Shown here: one piece after another, positions 39,229-53,164 of the stretch
Numbering within the stretch: position 1 is the first letter of the stretch
Layout of the letters: each line of letters begins with the position of its first letter
Translations under genes and position numbers: made by a program
NCBI RefSeq assembly: GCF_006345805.1
Contig: NC_043015.1
Coordinates: 26,536,001 to 26,600,000 of the forward strand
Source: Octopus sinensis
Taxonomy: Eukaryota
Length of the DNA stretch: 64,000 bases
Direction: 5' to 3'
Notes under the pieces: generated by a model
What the model saw: the letters and a program-made list of their open reading frames with translations, nothing else
Database searches by the model: none
Told to the model about the DNA's origin: nothing

Positions 39229-39737
39229 TTTATTTATATTACAGACATTACTACACGTAAATGCCTCACATTATGAGGGACTCAAAGTCAAAACTACCAT
39301 AATAAATACAGTGTACCGAACGGTAGGGGATGTAATTCTTGAAGCGAACTCTTAAAAACAGATTCAGCCATAATTCATATGATTTCATAGTTTGTGTACA
39401 AAATACAGTTTCCTAATCGTCAATTAGAAAGTTTATTTTGTACACTAACTATGAAATCATGAGTTCGCTTCAAGAGTTGGTACACTGTATTTATTATGAT
39501 AGTTTTGGTACACTGTATTTATTATGATAGTTTTGGTACACTGTATTTATTATGATAGTTTTGGTACACTGTATTTATTATGATAGTTTTGGTACACTGT
39601 ATTTATTATGATAGTTTTGGTCCACTGTATTTATTATGATAGTTTTGGTACACTGTATTTATTATGATAGTTTTGACTTTAAGAATCCCTCATAGCTTGA
39701 GGCATTTACGTTTAGTAATGCCCTTAATGTAAATATA
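39229..39737. mobile_element. Fold-back palindromic element (MITE-like) with internal 28-bp tandem expansion
   Basis: Arms pair nearly end to end around a centre at ~39420; unit GGTACACTGTATTTATTATGATAGTTTT occurs x7 at 39479-39674. Confidence 0.85.
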
Positions 39738-39744
39738 TATATAT

Positions 39745-40080
39745 TCTTTTACCTTTTACTCTTTCAATCATTAGACTGCGACTATGCTGGAGCACCGCCT
39801 TGAAATATTTTTAGTCAAACGACTTAACTTTAGTATTTAATTTGGTAACCCTAGTACTTATTCTATCGGGCTCTTTTGTCGCTAGCCTACGGTGACCTAA
39901 GCACGCAAAGAACAGTAGTCAAACAGACACAAAGTCACACACACAGATATATATACGGTGAGCTTCTTTTTCTGTCAAACTCACTCATAAGGTCTTGAAG
40001 TTATAGTAAAGACACGCTCCTACGGTACCACGCAGTGGGTCTGAACCCAGATGTATTGGGTTGAGAAGTAAATTTCTTAC
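39745..40080 (-). mobile_element. Degenerate SINE (same family as 26815-27211)
   Basis: ATGCTGGAGCACCGCC...TACCACGCAGTGGGTCTGAACCC. Confidence 0.75.
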
Positions 40081-40989
40081 TGCATATAAAAAGCGTATAA
40101 AGAGCGACCATATCCGTAAAATTAATTTTTAAGTATATTATTATAAAATATAATTATAATTAAGGGCTCTGGAATGCCAGTGCCTATACGCTGAGAGTAA
40201 ATGTCAAATACCTACAATCCACTCAAAATTAGTTCTCTAGGTCGGATGCGAAGTAATGGGCAAGAAAATTTGCAAAATTTCTGATAATCCTATATCTTAA
40301 GATTTCATACTCTGCAATAGAAATTACTTTGCAATCCTCAGTAGAAATACACCGATAAAAAAATAAACATGAAATACATATAAATACCGATAAATCTATT
40401 CGTAGAAACCAATATATAGAAGCATTTCCCACATATACATTCTATATACTAACCCATCAAGACCATGTGGTTAATGTCAGAAATCATACGGGGTAAATAC
40501 AGTCCTGCAGTATAATGTAATGAGTAGAGAACTGAAAAATTATACTGTTCATTATTAGCAGCAAATTGGTCATTAACACATACAACCATTTCTATTGATA
40601 CGCAATAAACTTTAAATTTACATTTATACGGCATGTTCATAATATCATCAGACGAAAAAAGACGGGGCGGGACGTTTAAAGTTAGAAACGCACACGAGTT
40701 GACGTAATGAATATTTCAGAAATAGATGTTAAATACTGTCTCCAAATGACGATTGTAAAGCATGTTTTCTCATGCTCAGCATGAAATCAATTGATATTGA
40801 GTTATGTAGTAAACTACTTTCAAATTCCATCCAGAAGGTAGACCTATTTTTAAAATATTCATTAGATTGCTCGTGTGTATATTCATCGTAGAATTGGTGG
40901 GGTTTTTTTAAGCTTTCGCTTTCATTTTTAGCAAGCAGCATCATTACCCTACTTTTCTTCAAATATATATATATATATATATATATATA

Positions 40990-41195
40990 ACAAGACTCTT
41001 ATTTTATGTTGCTCCAGTTCACTTAGCTGTAGAAATGAGTTGCAATGTCATTTGTCCTAAGTTGTATCAACTTTTGCCTTTCTCTTGGATAACATCAGTA
41101 GTGTGAAGAGGGAAGGCTGGTATGCATGGGTTACTGCTGGCCTTCCATAAACAACCTTGTCCGGACTTGTGCCTTGGAAAGTAACTTTAATGACC
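40990..41195 (+). mobile_element. SINE, 5'-truncated (same family as 8466-8808)
   Basis: Similar to the reverse complement of 8500-8715. Confidence 0.8.
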
Positions 41196-41199
41196 GAAG

Positions 41200-41825
41200 A
41201 GGATCTTTTCCCGTTACCGTTTAAGAAATATAGCGAATACAAAAGGCGCCATGACAATGTGGCAAGAATAATCCATTGGGATATTTATGGAAACCACGGA
41301 CTACAAAGAGCAAAGACGCAGTATGAGAAAACTCCAAAAGGAGTCACCGAAAATGAGAATTGCAAAATCCTGAGGGACGCAATGATCCAGTGCTATCACC
41401 TGACCAGACATTGGAAACCGGACATTGTTGTGGGGAATAAAAAAAGAAAGAACATGATAATTGATATAGCATGCCCCAGTGAAAACAGGATCATATGAAA
41501 GAAGAAGGAAAAATAAACAACTATGATGATTTGAGGTGGGAAATACGAAGGGTGTGGTCAATGAGGAGAGCAGACGTGATATCAATAGTAATTGGTATAC
41601 TTGGAAGTATCAGCACTCAACTATCAACAATGGCTGAAAAAGATTGGTGCAAGTGTGAAGGTAGAACACCTAAAAATCAGCATAGCTTGGTACTAGAAAA
41701 ATCTTTCGCAGGGTTCTTGAAGTATGACCATTAAAAAAGTGTCGAATTAGTCTGCTGGATGTGGACAGCTGACACCGCCGTACATCTCCAAAACGTTGTA
41801 AAGAAATAACAAGCTGTGTAAAGGC

Positions 41826-41826
<1 letters not shown>
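41200..41826 (+). mobile_element. R4/Dong-type LINE 3' fragment
   Basis: EYKRRHDNVARIIHW...KPDIVV...IIDIACP...KINNYDDLRWEIRRVW...IVIGILG; ends in (AAT)n. Confidence 0.88.
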
Positions 41827-42032
<206 letters not shown>

Positions 42033-42835
42033 GGGGATAACGGGTTCTCCTATCGGAGACGGCGTATGAGCGTTCAGACCGCCGAACGAGCGGCACAAAT
42101 GATTTGCTTATATCGATCAATAATGAAAAAGAAGTGTATCGATGAACAGTTACTCATCTTCAGTCTTTATTCTTGACATTCTCCCGTTATCCCGTCAGCC
42201 ACTTAGTGCATGTCATGTTGTAATGATACAACTTACTATAGAATGTTTAATGTTATTTCAAAACATCTGCCACAACGCTTCACAAGAGTGGTCGGATGAG
42301 AAGCAGTTTCACCATTATGATTCGCAATTGTGGATTTCCAATACTCATATCACGCACAGAATATACGCCTATGCAGTACTTATATTCAAAGATGGCAGTG
42401 GAATGTAACACTGATAGCCACACTTTTTCCTGTATGTATACATGTGTGTCTCTAGATATTGTAGATGTCATTCGGTTTGTACAAAATAAGGAGATCTAAG
42501 CAAAATATACAGCACGAACCTCACAGTAAATTGGATTCTACTCTCTGTATTGATTCCCCCTTTTAATGACAATTTCGTTGCTACTCTTGAAGTAGCTTTT
42601 AGATAACAGTTTCACTACAACATGCATAAAAGAAACATATTTTAACCTGTGCTAACCTGAACGATAGCAAACAAAGTCAGTAAAATGTGATTTTGCGTCT
42701 GCTTCGAAACATTATTTTTGACTATATGCATTAAAATTCATTCAGTAAAACCCAATTTTATACGGCACGTTTTTCTATCTGAAAACTATTAAGTAATATG
42801 TGATTCACTCTCTTTACCTGTGTGTGTGTGTGCGT

Positions 42836-42872
<37 letters not shown>

Positions 42873-42899
42873 CGTGTGCGTGTGTGTGTGTCAATGTTT

Positions 42900-43260
42900 G
42901 TTGAATAAAAACAACTTATAATAAAAACAACTTTAAATTTATCTGATCTAAATCTTTTGTAGAGTACAAAACTTAGAAGTTTCGGATACGTCAGCCATCG
43001 TCAGACTGCGATGCATTAGAGTCTTTGTTGAGTTAAAATCATCCTCGGGTGCGTGGGTTTGAGTAGGCTGGTAATTAAATTTTTGTGGTACGTTGTTATA
43101 GAAGGGTGTTTTGGAAAATTTTTAATTGATTAAATTAACGATTATGTTATTGTCTAGAATTTATTCATGTATGCAGAACTTTGTAAACAAGCCTTAGGCA
43201 TTTCTTTCTTTTATTAAGTAGGCACGATGTGGGATAGTAATTTTGTTACTTTTGGTAAGA
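42900..43260 (-). mobile_element. Possible degraded PLE 3' end with degenerate hammerhead core (~42975-43010)
   Basis: CTGACGA-TGGCTGACGTATCC-GAAA-CTTC-TA on the minus strand; weak KKCLRL similarity upstream. Confidence 0.35.
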
Positions 43261-43460
43261 ATAATATCTACATAGATAGACAGATAGATAGATGGATAAA
43301 TAGATTGATAGAAAGGGAGAGAGAGAGAGAATAATTTATTGCATAGTATCATCTATGAGGAATATGGCAAGAATTTGAGGAATGTAGAAAGAATTGTAAC
43401 GAATATTTAAAGTTGTGCTAAATTTCCTCATCCTCATAAAATATGTCTGTGTGCGTCTTA

Positions 43461-43497
<37 letters not shown>

Positions 43498-44893
43498 CAC
43501 ATACATATATATATATGTATGTATGTGTGTGAGTGTGTATTGCATGATGTTCCCATAATTATTCGGGGCAATACAACTAAGTTTAAAATCATATAACCTG
43601 GAACCAATCTTCGATTGTCTTTTTCTATTCTGATTTAAATATATTTTCATTTAGACATTTATGTGTAATTTTAGTAAATATATAGTTGCTATTTGAACCA
43701 GGTCAATTTATCTTGCCTCATTGTCACGTTTAATTATGATGATATCGTCATCACGGCTGCTATCTCCTTGGTCATAGGTGTGATTGGTCAGTGCTGACCT
43801 TTCACTAAACATATCTTTGTTCAATTTATTAATCATTTCCTGAATGTTAGAGAAATACTATTATGATCAGTGCTGCATATAACAGTTCTATTTAGTGGAG
43901 GAATGAGTAGACTCATTTGTGGAACATGATAAAGTTAATTTAGAATAAATCTATTTCAAATAAAGATTAATTTCTTTTTCTATTCACTACACATACAAGG
44001 ACCACATTAGAACATGGGTTTCACTTAGTTCACACTCATCAGCTTTAATTATAACTACCTGAAGGGTAAGTAGATGGACTTTTGTTTGGCGTCAAGGTAC
44101 GATATATAGCAGAATCCTTCATTTTTAATTTCCCAAACTTTCATCTCTGGTAGCGGAAACGGAAGCATATATAGTAACTTACGGATTATTCTCTAACCAG
44201 AAACTTTGACTGAATGCTTCCAAAAGAGTTGGCTTAATGAAAGGTAAATGATATCCATTCGTTGTTGGTGTCAACTGAGCGCGAAATGAAGTCTGTTGCA
44301 CAACAGTGTTGTCATTAGACACTGAAAATATAAATAATGTATAAATGTATAGCAATATATATATTTGATAGCGAATAAAACGGGAATTGTTTAAAAAGTT
44401 GAATAATTCATGAACTGTTATAGATACGTTCAACGGTTAAAAGGTAGATGTAGACATATTGAATGCGTGAAAAGTAACGAAAGCTAAAGAAGGATAAAAT
44501 ATGCAATAATAGTCAGAGTCTAATATTTTCATTACTTCTTTATCGCTAGATAGGTCAGATAATTGGGATCATGTTCCAACCTTATCTTGATGTTATACTT
44601 GTAGGTTGTGAACTACCTCGAAAGTAAAGACACCAAATGCATTTACCAAGATAATCAGCTGCATTTAGCTGCGTAATATATAATACGTTTATTTTAGTCT
44701 TACTGACTAAAAGGAAAAACACATTAAAGTTATGAGTTCCTCCTCTCCTCCACTTGCTTCTCCTTCTCTTTGTCTACATTCTCAGCCTTGATTTTGCAAC
44801 AAATAATATTTTTAGAAGGAACAATCTTTCACTGAACGATTACATCAATTATTTTGTTGCTCTTTTTTTTTATATTAATTAACAGCACTCCCC

Positions 44894-44965
44894 AGGCAGG
44901 CAGGCAGGCAGACAGACAGACAGACAGACAGATAGATAGATAAATAGATAGATAGATAGATAGAC

Positions 44966-45019
<54 letters not shown>

Positions 45020-45024
45020 TTAGA

Positions 45025-45090
<66 letters not shown>

Positions 45091-45139
45091 GGCAGGCAGG
45101 CAGGCAGGCAGACAGACTGACAGACAGAGACAGACAGAC

Positions 45140-45234
<95 letters not shown>

Positions 45235-45237
45235 GAT
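44894..45237. repeat. Composite AGGC/AGAC/AGAT tetranucleotide array
   Basis: Directly visible. Confidence 0.97.
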
Positions 45238-45661
45238 AACTTGCTTATTATTAACTTGGAATTTTAACCACTGTCGCCTTACTAAAATCTTCGGATAGGT
45301 ATTTTCAACATTTCAAACGGGTAGTGAGAAATAGCAAGGTCTCAGCTAGCCCCAAAAATTAACAGTAATTGTGTGTATATGCATTAAAGGCGAAAAGTAT
45401 TTCATCGAAACGAAGGAAAATTTACTTCTAAATATCTTGCTGCTATAACGTATCCATTTATTGCTGTCAGTTTTATCTCATCGACAATTTGTTAATGTTC
45501 TCTTTATCATAAAAATATTTTCCTCTTTAACAAGACATTAATTTGTCTCTCAAGAGATCACCTTTTAGTCTTTCTAACATAAACATTTCTTAAGAATGTC
45601 TTATTTCAACGTATTCATCCATTAAACATGTTAAAGAGAACCTCTGACGCTCTCTCTCTCA

Positions 45662-45724
<63 letters not shown>

Positions 45725-46006
45725 ATCTCTCTAACTCTAATCTATTTTTGTTTTGTTTTAATAAATTTATATAAACTTTTTCTTTAATTTGCTTAATGTT
45801 GTCTGCATTTTAGAATTCGTTGACACAGGGAAATTAGAAATCTTCAAATGTAGGGCGATGTGCAAAAGAGGAAACATGATAATTGTGAGGAAATTGAAAT
45901 CGTGCTAATCTCAGTTTGACCATGGAAATAAAACAAAATAAAACATGAAAAAAACCCTTTAAACTAAAAAATGGGTAATAAAAACATAAAAGTCTGCCAT
46001 AAAAGG

Positions 46007-46046
<40 letters not shown>

Positions 46047-46056
46047 TACATACATT

Positions 46057-46122
<66 letters not shown>

Positions 46123-46589
46123 CATTTATATATATATATATATATATGAAGAAATGTAGATGAATAGTTATAAGGATAAATAAATCTAATACATTGCCAC
46201 TTAAAAATTGGATTCTCCAACAATCTTCAGAAGAATCTAGTCCTTTTAATTTGGAATATTAAATTCATAAGGTACAACAGTTTCCTGGATATTTTAAAGT
46301 TAAAAATATTCCAGAAATTGAAAAAAAGCAACAAAAAATATTTGTCAAGTCTGATCAAAGCAAAATCTTGTATAAAATAGCTCTGTCTCTTTACCAAAGA
46401 AAGTTATTCCATTCCATATCCAATAGGGAAGCCATACTATCTGAAATAATTTGGACGACATCAAAGCTCAATATTCATAAGAGAGGAAGCAACCGATTAC
46501 ATCCAGGCGCTCATATTCCGCTTTTAATGAGCTGAAATATAATTTTGCTCAAAACTAACTTTCTATTAATTATTATTTTGATCTTTTAC

Positions 46590-46860
46590 TTGTTTCTCTT
46601 ACTGCAGCTCTACTGAGTCATCGCCTTAAAAGGTTCATTTGGTCAGCTTGACACAAGTATCTGTCTTTATAAGTCTGTTATTAACTCTATCGGTTTCTTT
46701 TGATGAACAACTACGTTATGTGGGGGAGCATTAAAAATCAACACCTTTGTCAAATGTTCAGAAGTACAAAGGCAACATACATATACAAAACGAGCCTCCA
46801 CACAGTCTCCATCACACACATTCACTCACAAGGCACTAGTAGGCTCGGGCTTATAGCTTT
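46590..46860 (-). mobile_element. Highly degenerate SINE
   Basis: CACTCACAAGGC...GGCTCGGGCTTATAG similar to 27080-27120. Confidence 0.55.
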
Positions 46861-47599
46861 TATTACGCTTTAATCTACAGTATATTTATTTCACTGCTAA
46901 TCCAATAGAAAATCCAGAAGTAAAGGAGAACTTTATGCTTCATACCTCGATAAAAGTTAAGTGTAGCAATTACATTCGCCAAAACACTCTTTACTTTATT
47001 AAACAAACATTTGTGCCAAACATACATCTATAAAGCATTTAAAAATTTTGTTGGAATTTTGTATTCTACTGCATTAAACATGATGCTAAGACCAACGATT
47101 CAAAATTAAAGCCAATTAAGACCAACACTTAGTTTCAACACTGTTGCCACTAAGAATAACCCTATATACGTTAAACAGAAAGCTAATCATACTATATTTC
47201 AAGAAATTATAAACATTAACAAACTTAGTCTATCTTATGCATTTAAATTTAGTCTGTATAAGTATTCTCAATGTTTCCGTACTAAGAATACAAACAATCA
47301 CACGTGACTCCCAAATCCGATATGGAAGATAAAAGCCAACCCTTTTTACAATAATTTGATAGGGAATGCACACTCGAGTTTTGTCTTAATCTGGTAATAA
47401 AAACATGACAGCTTTGTGCGATTGTTCATATTTTTCATGGGAGTGTTTTGATATTTAAAAATTAATTTTACCTATTGTAATAGGAAGATATTAATCACAA
47501 TAGATTAATGTCTGTCTCATAAAATCCATATTTTCCTTGGTATAATCCGATTTCTAATATAATTCATAAATTTAAAAACTTTAAAAGTTTTCTTCCATG

Positions 47600-48759
47600 T
47601 TCTATATGTTTCTTCTGGTTGTTCGGGAAACATCGATGCGATAGTTCAGTTCCATCCAGACGCTCTGCAGCATATTTGGAGTTAGCATGTGAACTGCTTC
47701 AGTGATCGAAGTTTTCAGCTTCTCCAGGTAGAAGTACGTAAACTGTGCCCTTCACGAACCCCCAAAGAAAGGAGTCACAAACACTTAGACCTCGCAGTGA
47801 CACTCAATTGTTTCGTCCAGCACAACCAATCCACCTGTTTGGCAGCGAGATGCCAGAGCGGTGGCACACCATCTTGCTGGAAAAGGTAGTCATCACCCTC
47901 AGCAGCTAGTTGTGGAAACATTGAATTGGTAAGCATCTCTAGTTAACTTTGACCAGTAACAGTTCCTCCCTCAAAGAAGAAAGGGAGCCATACGCAGTCC
48001 TCTCTGATACCGCACAAAACACATTAACTTCGGTGAGTGTCGCTCAATTTCCTGGCGAGTGTGCCCCCCCCCCATATCTGCACGTTATGCCTATTGAGTT
48101 TACCGTTCAAGTGAAATAGCGCCTCATCACAGAAAATGATTTTTGACTGCAGGTTGTTATTATCTTCCATTAATTGCTGGATATTCTCACAAAATTCAAA
48201 TCGCATTCCATTATCTTTCGGGTAGAGTTTTGAACTTACTGCAGCTTGTAAGGGTGAAACTTTAGTGATTATATAGGAGCTTGCAAACTATGCTTTGGGG
48301 GAGGTGTAACTCTCGGTAGCTCTTCGTATTGACTTCTGCGGCCTGTGCACGAATTTTCTTCTAACTCGATCAATAACTTTCTCTGAGACTTATTGTCAGC
48401 CAGTGTATCCCTTTCTCTGATCACAGATACACTCTTTCTGACTGAAATGGTTGTACCGTTTCTGAATGGACTGGATGTAGGTGGAATTGAATGATATTTG
48501 AGTCTGAAAAAACGTTGTACGGCCATAACACTGTTTGATCTTGCGAATTCCAGTACACACCAGCTCCGTTGCTGTAGGGTGGCGGCATTTTTTTAGATTT
48601 CCTTGTACCCCGAGGTTTTCAGGTCAAAGATGACTAATCGCCTGAAAAAAATTAAATAACTGTTGTTAGAGAATCGGTCCACAACATGTTTATCAATATA
48701 TTTGAATTAGTTTAAATATCATAATATGTGAAATCAGGGAGTGTTTTGTGGACATCCTG
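47600..48759 (-). mobile_element. Tc1/mariner (DD41D-like) transposon relic
   Basis: IIFCDEALFHLNGKLNRHNVQIWG, FQQDGVPP, CDSFLWGFVKGTVY; TIR TA+CAGGATGTCCACAAAAC at the right end; other TIR missing. Confidence 0.85.
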
Positions 48760-48907
48760 TATATCATATACTGTAGGGTGTATAAGCATGTATTGAGTTC
48801 AATTTCCTTTACCATATAAAATGATATTCACGTGTACGCACACACATACTCACACTTATACACGTACATACTTATATATGCATGGATATACATATGTGCA
48901 TATATAT

Positions 48908-48953
<46 letters not shown>

Positions 48954-48954
<1 letters not shown>

Positions 48955-50057
48955 TGGGTCATCCCATAAATAATCCGTTTTTTATACTTTTTTAATTTTC
49001 AAAATTAAGATAAGCAAAGTTCTTTTTTAATCTAAAATATACCCACCTTCATTTTCAATAATGCTCTTCTATCTATCTCGTAAACTAGAAAGGCCCTACG
49101 AGCATTATTCTGATGGAAGGAGACCTTTCGCATTGAAACCAAAGTTGGTCGTTTTTCCTCTAGCGCTCACTTAAGCCACTCAGACTGCTCGCAGTAGATC
49201 TTTGTTATCGTTTGGCTTGGGCTTAAAAGTTCAAAGTGGTATAAACCTTTCATATCTCACCAAACAGATAACACCACCTTACGTGGGTGAAGACTTTCTT
49301 TAGCCTGTGATTCCAGTATTCTCCTTTCCCTACTCACCGTCTTCGGCGATTGACATTTTTATACACAACCTATTTCTCGTCACCTCTCGCTATTCGTGAG
49401 ACGTGACTGCAAAGGTGCATTGCTTAGACGTAACAGCAAAGACGGTTCATTCGTTAAACGTGACAGCAAAGAAGAGCATGCTTTCATTCTCTGCGTGCGA
49501 TTAGACTCGGAAAGTTTGTGAGGAATCCATTGACCCAATTTGATGACTTTTTTCAGATGGCACGCAGGTGTCGACGAATGGCTGAATGACCAAACCTAAG
49601 CTTCTCCACTAGCTGCTCAACAGTTACGATGGGATTTTATTCCACCAGGTTTTCCAGGACATCCTCAACAAGCTCTACAGATTTTCCAGGACGAGGCCCG
49701 TCTTCTAGGCTGTAGTTTCCGGTGTGGAATTTCTGGAACCTCTCTTGACACTGGCTTACACTTATTGTCTGATCTCCATATACTGCATTGATATTCCTTA
49801 CAGTTTCCGTTGCGTTGTTGCCTTTAATGAACTCAAAAAGCAAAATATGCCAATATACTCCTTTGTCACTTCCATTATAGCTCTGAAAATAGCTGCTAAA
49901 ATCGAACGACACTGTTCAAAACTAGCACTAAAAATAAGGACAAGGTAAAATTACTTACTGCTTTTATAGCAAGTTGATGCAGGTAGTTTATCCTGTTCCC
50001 CTCCAACTTTTAGTTTATGGAAATGAAAAAAACTGCATTATTTATGGGATGATCCAA
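48954..50057 (-). mobile_element. mariner (DD34D-type) transposon, decayed, both TIRs present
   Basis: TIRs TTGG(G/A)TCATCCCATAAATAA with TA flanks; HILLFEFIKGNNATETVRNINAVYG (HTH), GQWIPHKL, GDEK, LHPRKVVLSVW motifs. Confidence 0.9.
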
Positions 50058-50099
<42 letters not shown>

Positions 50100-50101
<2 letters not shown>

Positions 50102-51025
50102 GGGTGTCCATAAAGTCTCTTTACAATTTAAAAAAAAATATTACAAAGGCTGTTGATGAAATATTTTAACCAGATTTGTTTTATTTTAATAATTGTTTAT
50201 TAAAGTTTTTATTGATATTAATTTTTTGTGTTTCACATACTCTGTTGATGGAAGGGAACTGATTTACTGAACCCATATAAAATGAGGATGAAGCATTCCT
50301 CAAACGAGTTTGTTTTAGTGACGAAGCGACTTTCATGTTTCGGGGAAATTAAACAGACATAATGTGAGAATCCGGGGATCAGAACATCCTCATGTGACTA
50401 GGGAGCTTCAACGGGATAGTTCAAAAGTTAATGTGTGATGTGGAATCATGTGCAATCGAATAATTGGTCCATTTTGTTTCAACGAGGCAACAATTACTGC
50501 AGATGTTTACCTCGACCTTCTGACCGAATATGTTGCACCACAACTGATTGATTTACAACCAACCATCATTTTCCAACAAGATGGTGCACCACCACATTGG
50601 GGACAGCATGTTCGACAGTTCCTCTTCCTCAATCAAACATTTCCAGACCGATGGATTGGAAGGGATGGGTCAATTCCATGGCCACCGCGTTTGCCAGATA
50701 TCACTCCCTTGGACTTCTTTTCATGGGGTTATGTAAAAGATATCGTGTATCAAATAAAGATACGGGAAATTGCTGACTTGAAGCAAAGGATTCGTAATGC
50801 CATTGCCACCGTTGATGAGGCTATCCTACAGCGAACAAGGCAAGAATTCGAGTACCGTCTTGATGTGCTTCGCGCAACTAATGGTGCCCATATTGAGGTC
50901 TAATAAAAGCAGTTAAAAAAACTTTAATAAACAATTATTACAATAAAATAAATCTGGTTATAATATCTTGTCAACTGCCTTTGTAATAAAAATGTTTAAT
51001 TGTAAAGAGACTTTATGGACACATG
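50100..51025 (+). mobile_element. Tc1/mariner DD41D-type transposon, internally deleted, ~130-bp TIRs
   Basis: TA+CAGGGTGTCCATAAAGTCTCTTTACAATT ... AATTGTAAAGAGACTTTATGGACACATG+TA; FSDEATF, FQQDGAPPHW, WPPRLPDITPLDFF; ORF 50448-50903. Confidence 0.93.
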
Positions 51026-51554
51026 TATATCTGCTTCAATGCCAGAATGATGCTTACGCTGGAATAAATTCAGATATGAATTAGATGCAGCTCGAGTGTT
51101 TATACAATGTATGTACTTGGCTAGTTCACCGGTCGTATTCTACCTGCGACGTTGGAGATGACTCTCTCATTGCTAAGTCAGTCATGGACACGCGAAACAA
51201 CCCACAGTTATATTCATATATATATGAGCTCAATTTAGGTGAGTTGAAATCAGGTTATCGTAAGAGATATTTTTTCCACGGTAACTGTGGCAAACATATT
51301 CCAAATAATGTAAATTGTGCTCGTACCTAAACACTGCTTTGCACCAATCCTTTGTTATTTATCTCGATCGGGCGATCTACTGAGGCAAACCAGTTAACAT
51401 GTTGACTGAATTAGATATAAAGCTACAACCTTTATTTAGGTCGTTGAGATTTGACACCTTTCGCCTCTCTTACTGTCACTTTTACTCTCACAGATTCGCT
51501 CAAATACTCAGGCATATAGAGACACAGCCACAAAAATGGTAGGCCGATTGACAA

Positions 51555-51592
<38 letters not shown>

Positions 51593-51624
51593 AATAGATA
51601 AATAGATAGATCGATCGATCGATC

Positions 51625-51701
<77 letters not shown>

Positions 51702-51762
51702 ACCGGCAGGTAGGTAGGTAGGTAGGTAGGTAGGTAGGTAGGTAGGTAGGTAGGTAGGTAGG
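51555..51762. repeat. (AGAT)n/(AGGT)n array
   Basis: Directly visible. Confidence 0.95.
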
Positions 51763-52514
51763 AAGGTACCTATGATTATTCCTTTACATATCAATAATAT
51801 TTATGTTCATGCTTCTTTATATTCATGGTTAACGAATCCCTAAGAACTTTGTTCAACCGGAAATCGACTGCCTACTTTGTTCGTTGTTTCGTAGTGCTAC
51901 ACACGTTCAAGGAAATTCCGCCATGTCAACACGAACATCCTTAATGCATGCGCTTTAATAAGCTTTCCTATTGAAAATGTTACTGTGAGGACAATATGAT
52001 CAAGCTGAGTTGCATTAAAACGATTCATTTGTACCGAATGACGGAACGATTGGATTATTGAAACACTGAAGAACTGAAAATAAGTGAATGACTGAATTTA
52101 ACTGATTTAATGAAATGATGGAATGGTTGAATAGCGAAACAAAACTTTATGTGAACGACTCTGATTAGATAACTGGATCATGAAATAAACGAAAGAAAAT
52201 AATATTTCAGTTGACTCGACCGTTCCGCCACCCAACCAAATACTTCTGAGGACAGATGATCGTAATAAATGGATGACTAAAATTAACATATATTCATTTC
52301 ATTTCACCACAACCTCTTCTTTTTCCCTTCCCCACCCCTTACCAGGGTATATGAAAATCCCTCATTCAAATTATAATCTGTCTTTGTAATGTTTCCTTCA
52401 TATAGCACCCCTATGACAAATAAAAGAACATCATCACCATTCTTTTGATTATTATTATTATTACAATTGTTATTATTATTATTATTATTATTATCATCAT
52501 CATCATCATCATCA

Positions 52515-52565
<51 letters not shown>

Positions 52566-52567
<2 letters not shown>

Positions 52568-52925
52568 TAGTATATATTTTTTATATCGTGCTTTCACTTC
52601 ACTTCTGAGCACAGCTTTGTGTGCCTTGGGTATGTGCTGTGATTTGTTGTGATGCTCTGGAAAGTGTTCTGCGTAGGATGCGTGCAGTGTCTAGTAGTGC
52701 AATTTTCTGTATGTTATATGTGTTTGTAAGTCCAGGTGTTTTTGTTATGTATTTGTCTGAATATTTTTTTATCATGCCTAATGCACCTATTATGATAGGA
52801 ATTGTTTCTGTTTTTAGATTCCACATTCTGGTTACCTCTATTTCCAGGTCTTTGTATTTTTTTTTCTTCATGATCTCTGACAACTATATCTGGTCTGATG
52901 GCCTTAATTTCTCTATCTGTGTGTA
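52566..52925 (-). mobile_element. R4/Dong-type LINE 3' end flanked on both sides by (AAT)n
   Basis: REIKAIRPDIVVRD...KYKDLEIEVTRMW...IPIIIGALG...ARILRRTL. Confidence 0.9.
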
Positions 52926-52953
52926 TTATTATTATTATTATTATCATTATTAA

Positions 52954-53155
52954 GGCGGTGAGCTAGCAGAGTCGTTAGCACGCCGGGAGAAATGGCTGAC
53001 GTTATTTCGTCTGTGGCTACGTTCTGAGTTCAAATTCCGCCGAGGTCAATTTCGCCTTTCATCGTTTCAGGATCGATAAATCAAGTACCGGCGAAACACT
53101 GAAATCGATGTAAATGTCTAGGCCTCCCCACCACCGCCAGGCACAGCAAATTTCA
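52954..53155 (+). mobile_element. SINE
   Basis: GGCGGTGAGCTAGCAGAGTCGTTAGCACGCCGGG head. Confidence 0.88.
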
Positions 53156-53164
53156 AGCGTTACA

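Noticed and set aside
39479-39674. CRISPR-like array of 28-bp repeats
   Set aside because: Repeats are contiguous with no spacers, lie inside a palindromic element, have no cas genes nearby, and the context is eukaryotic.
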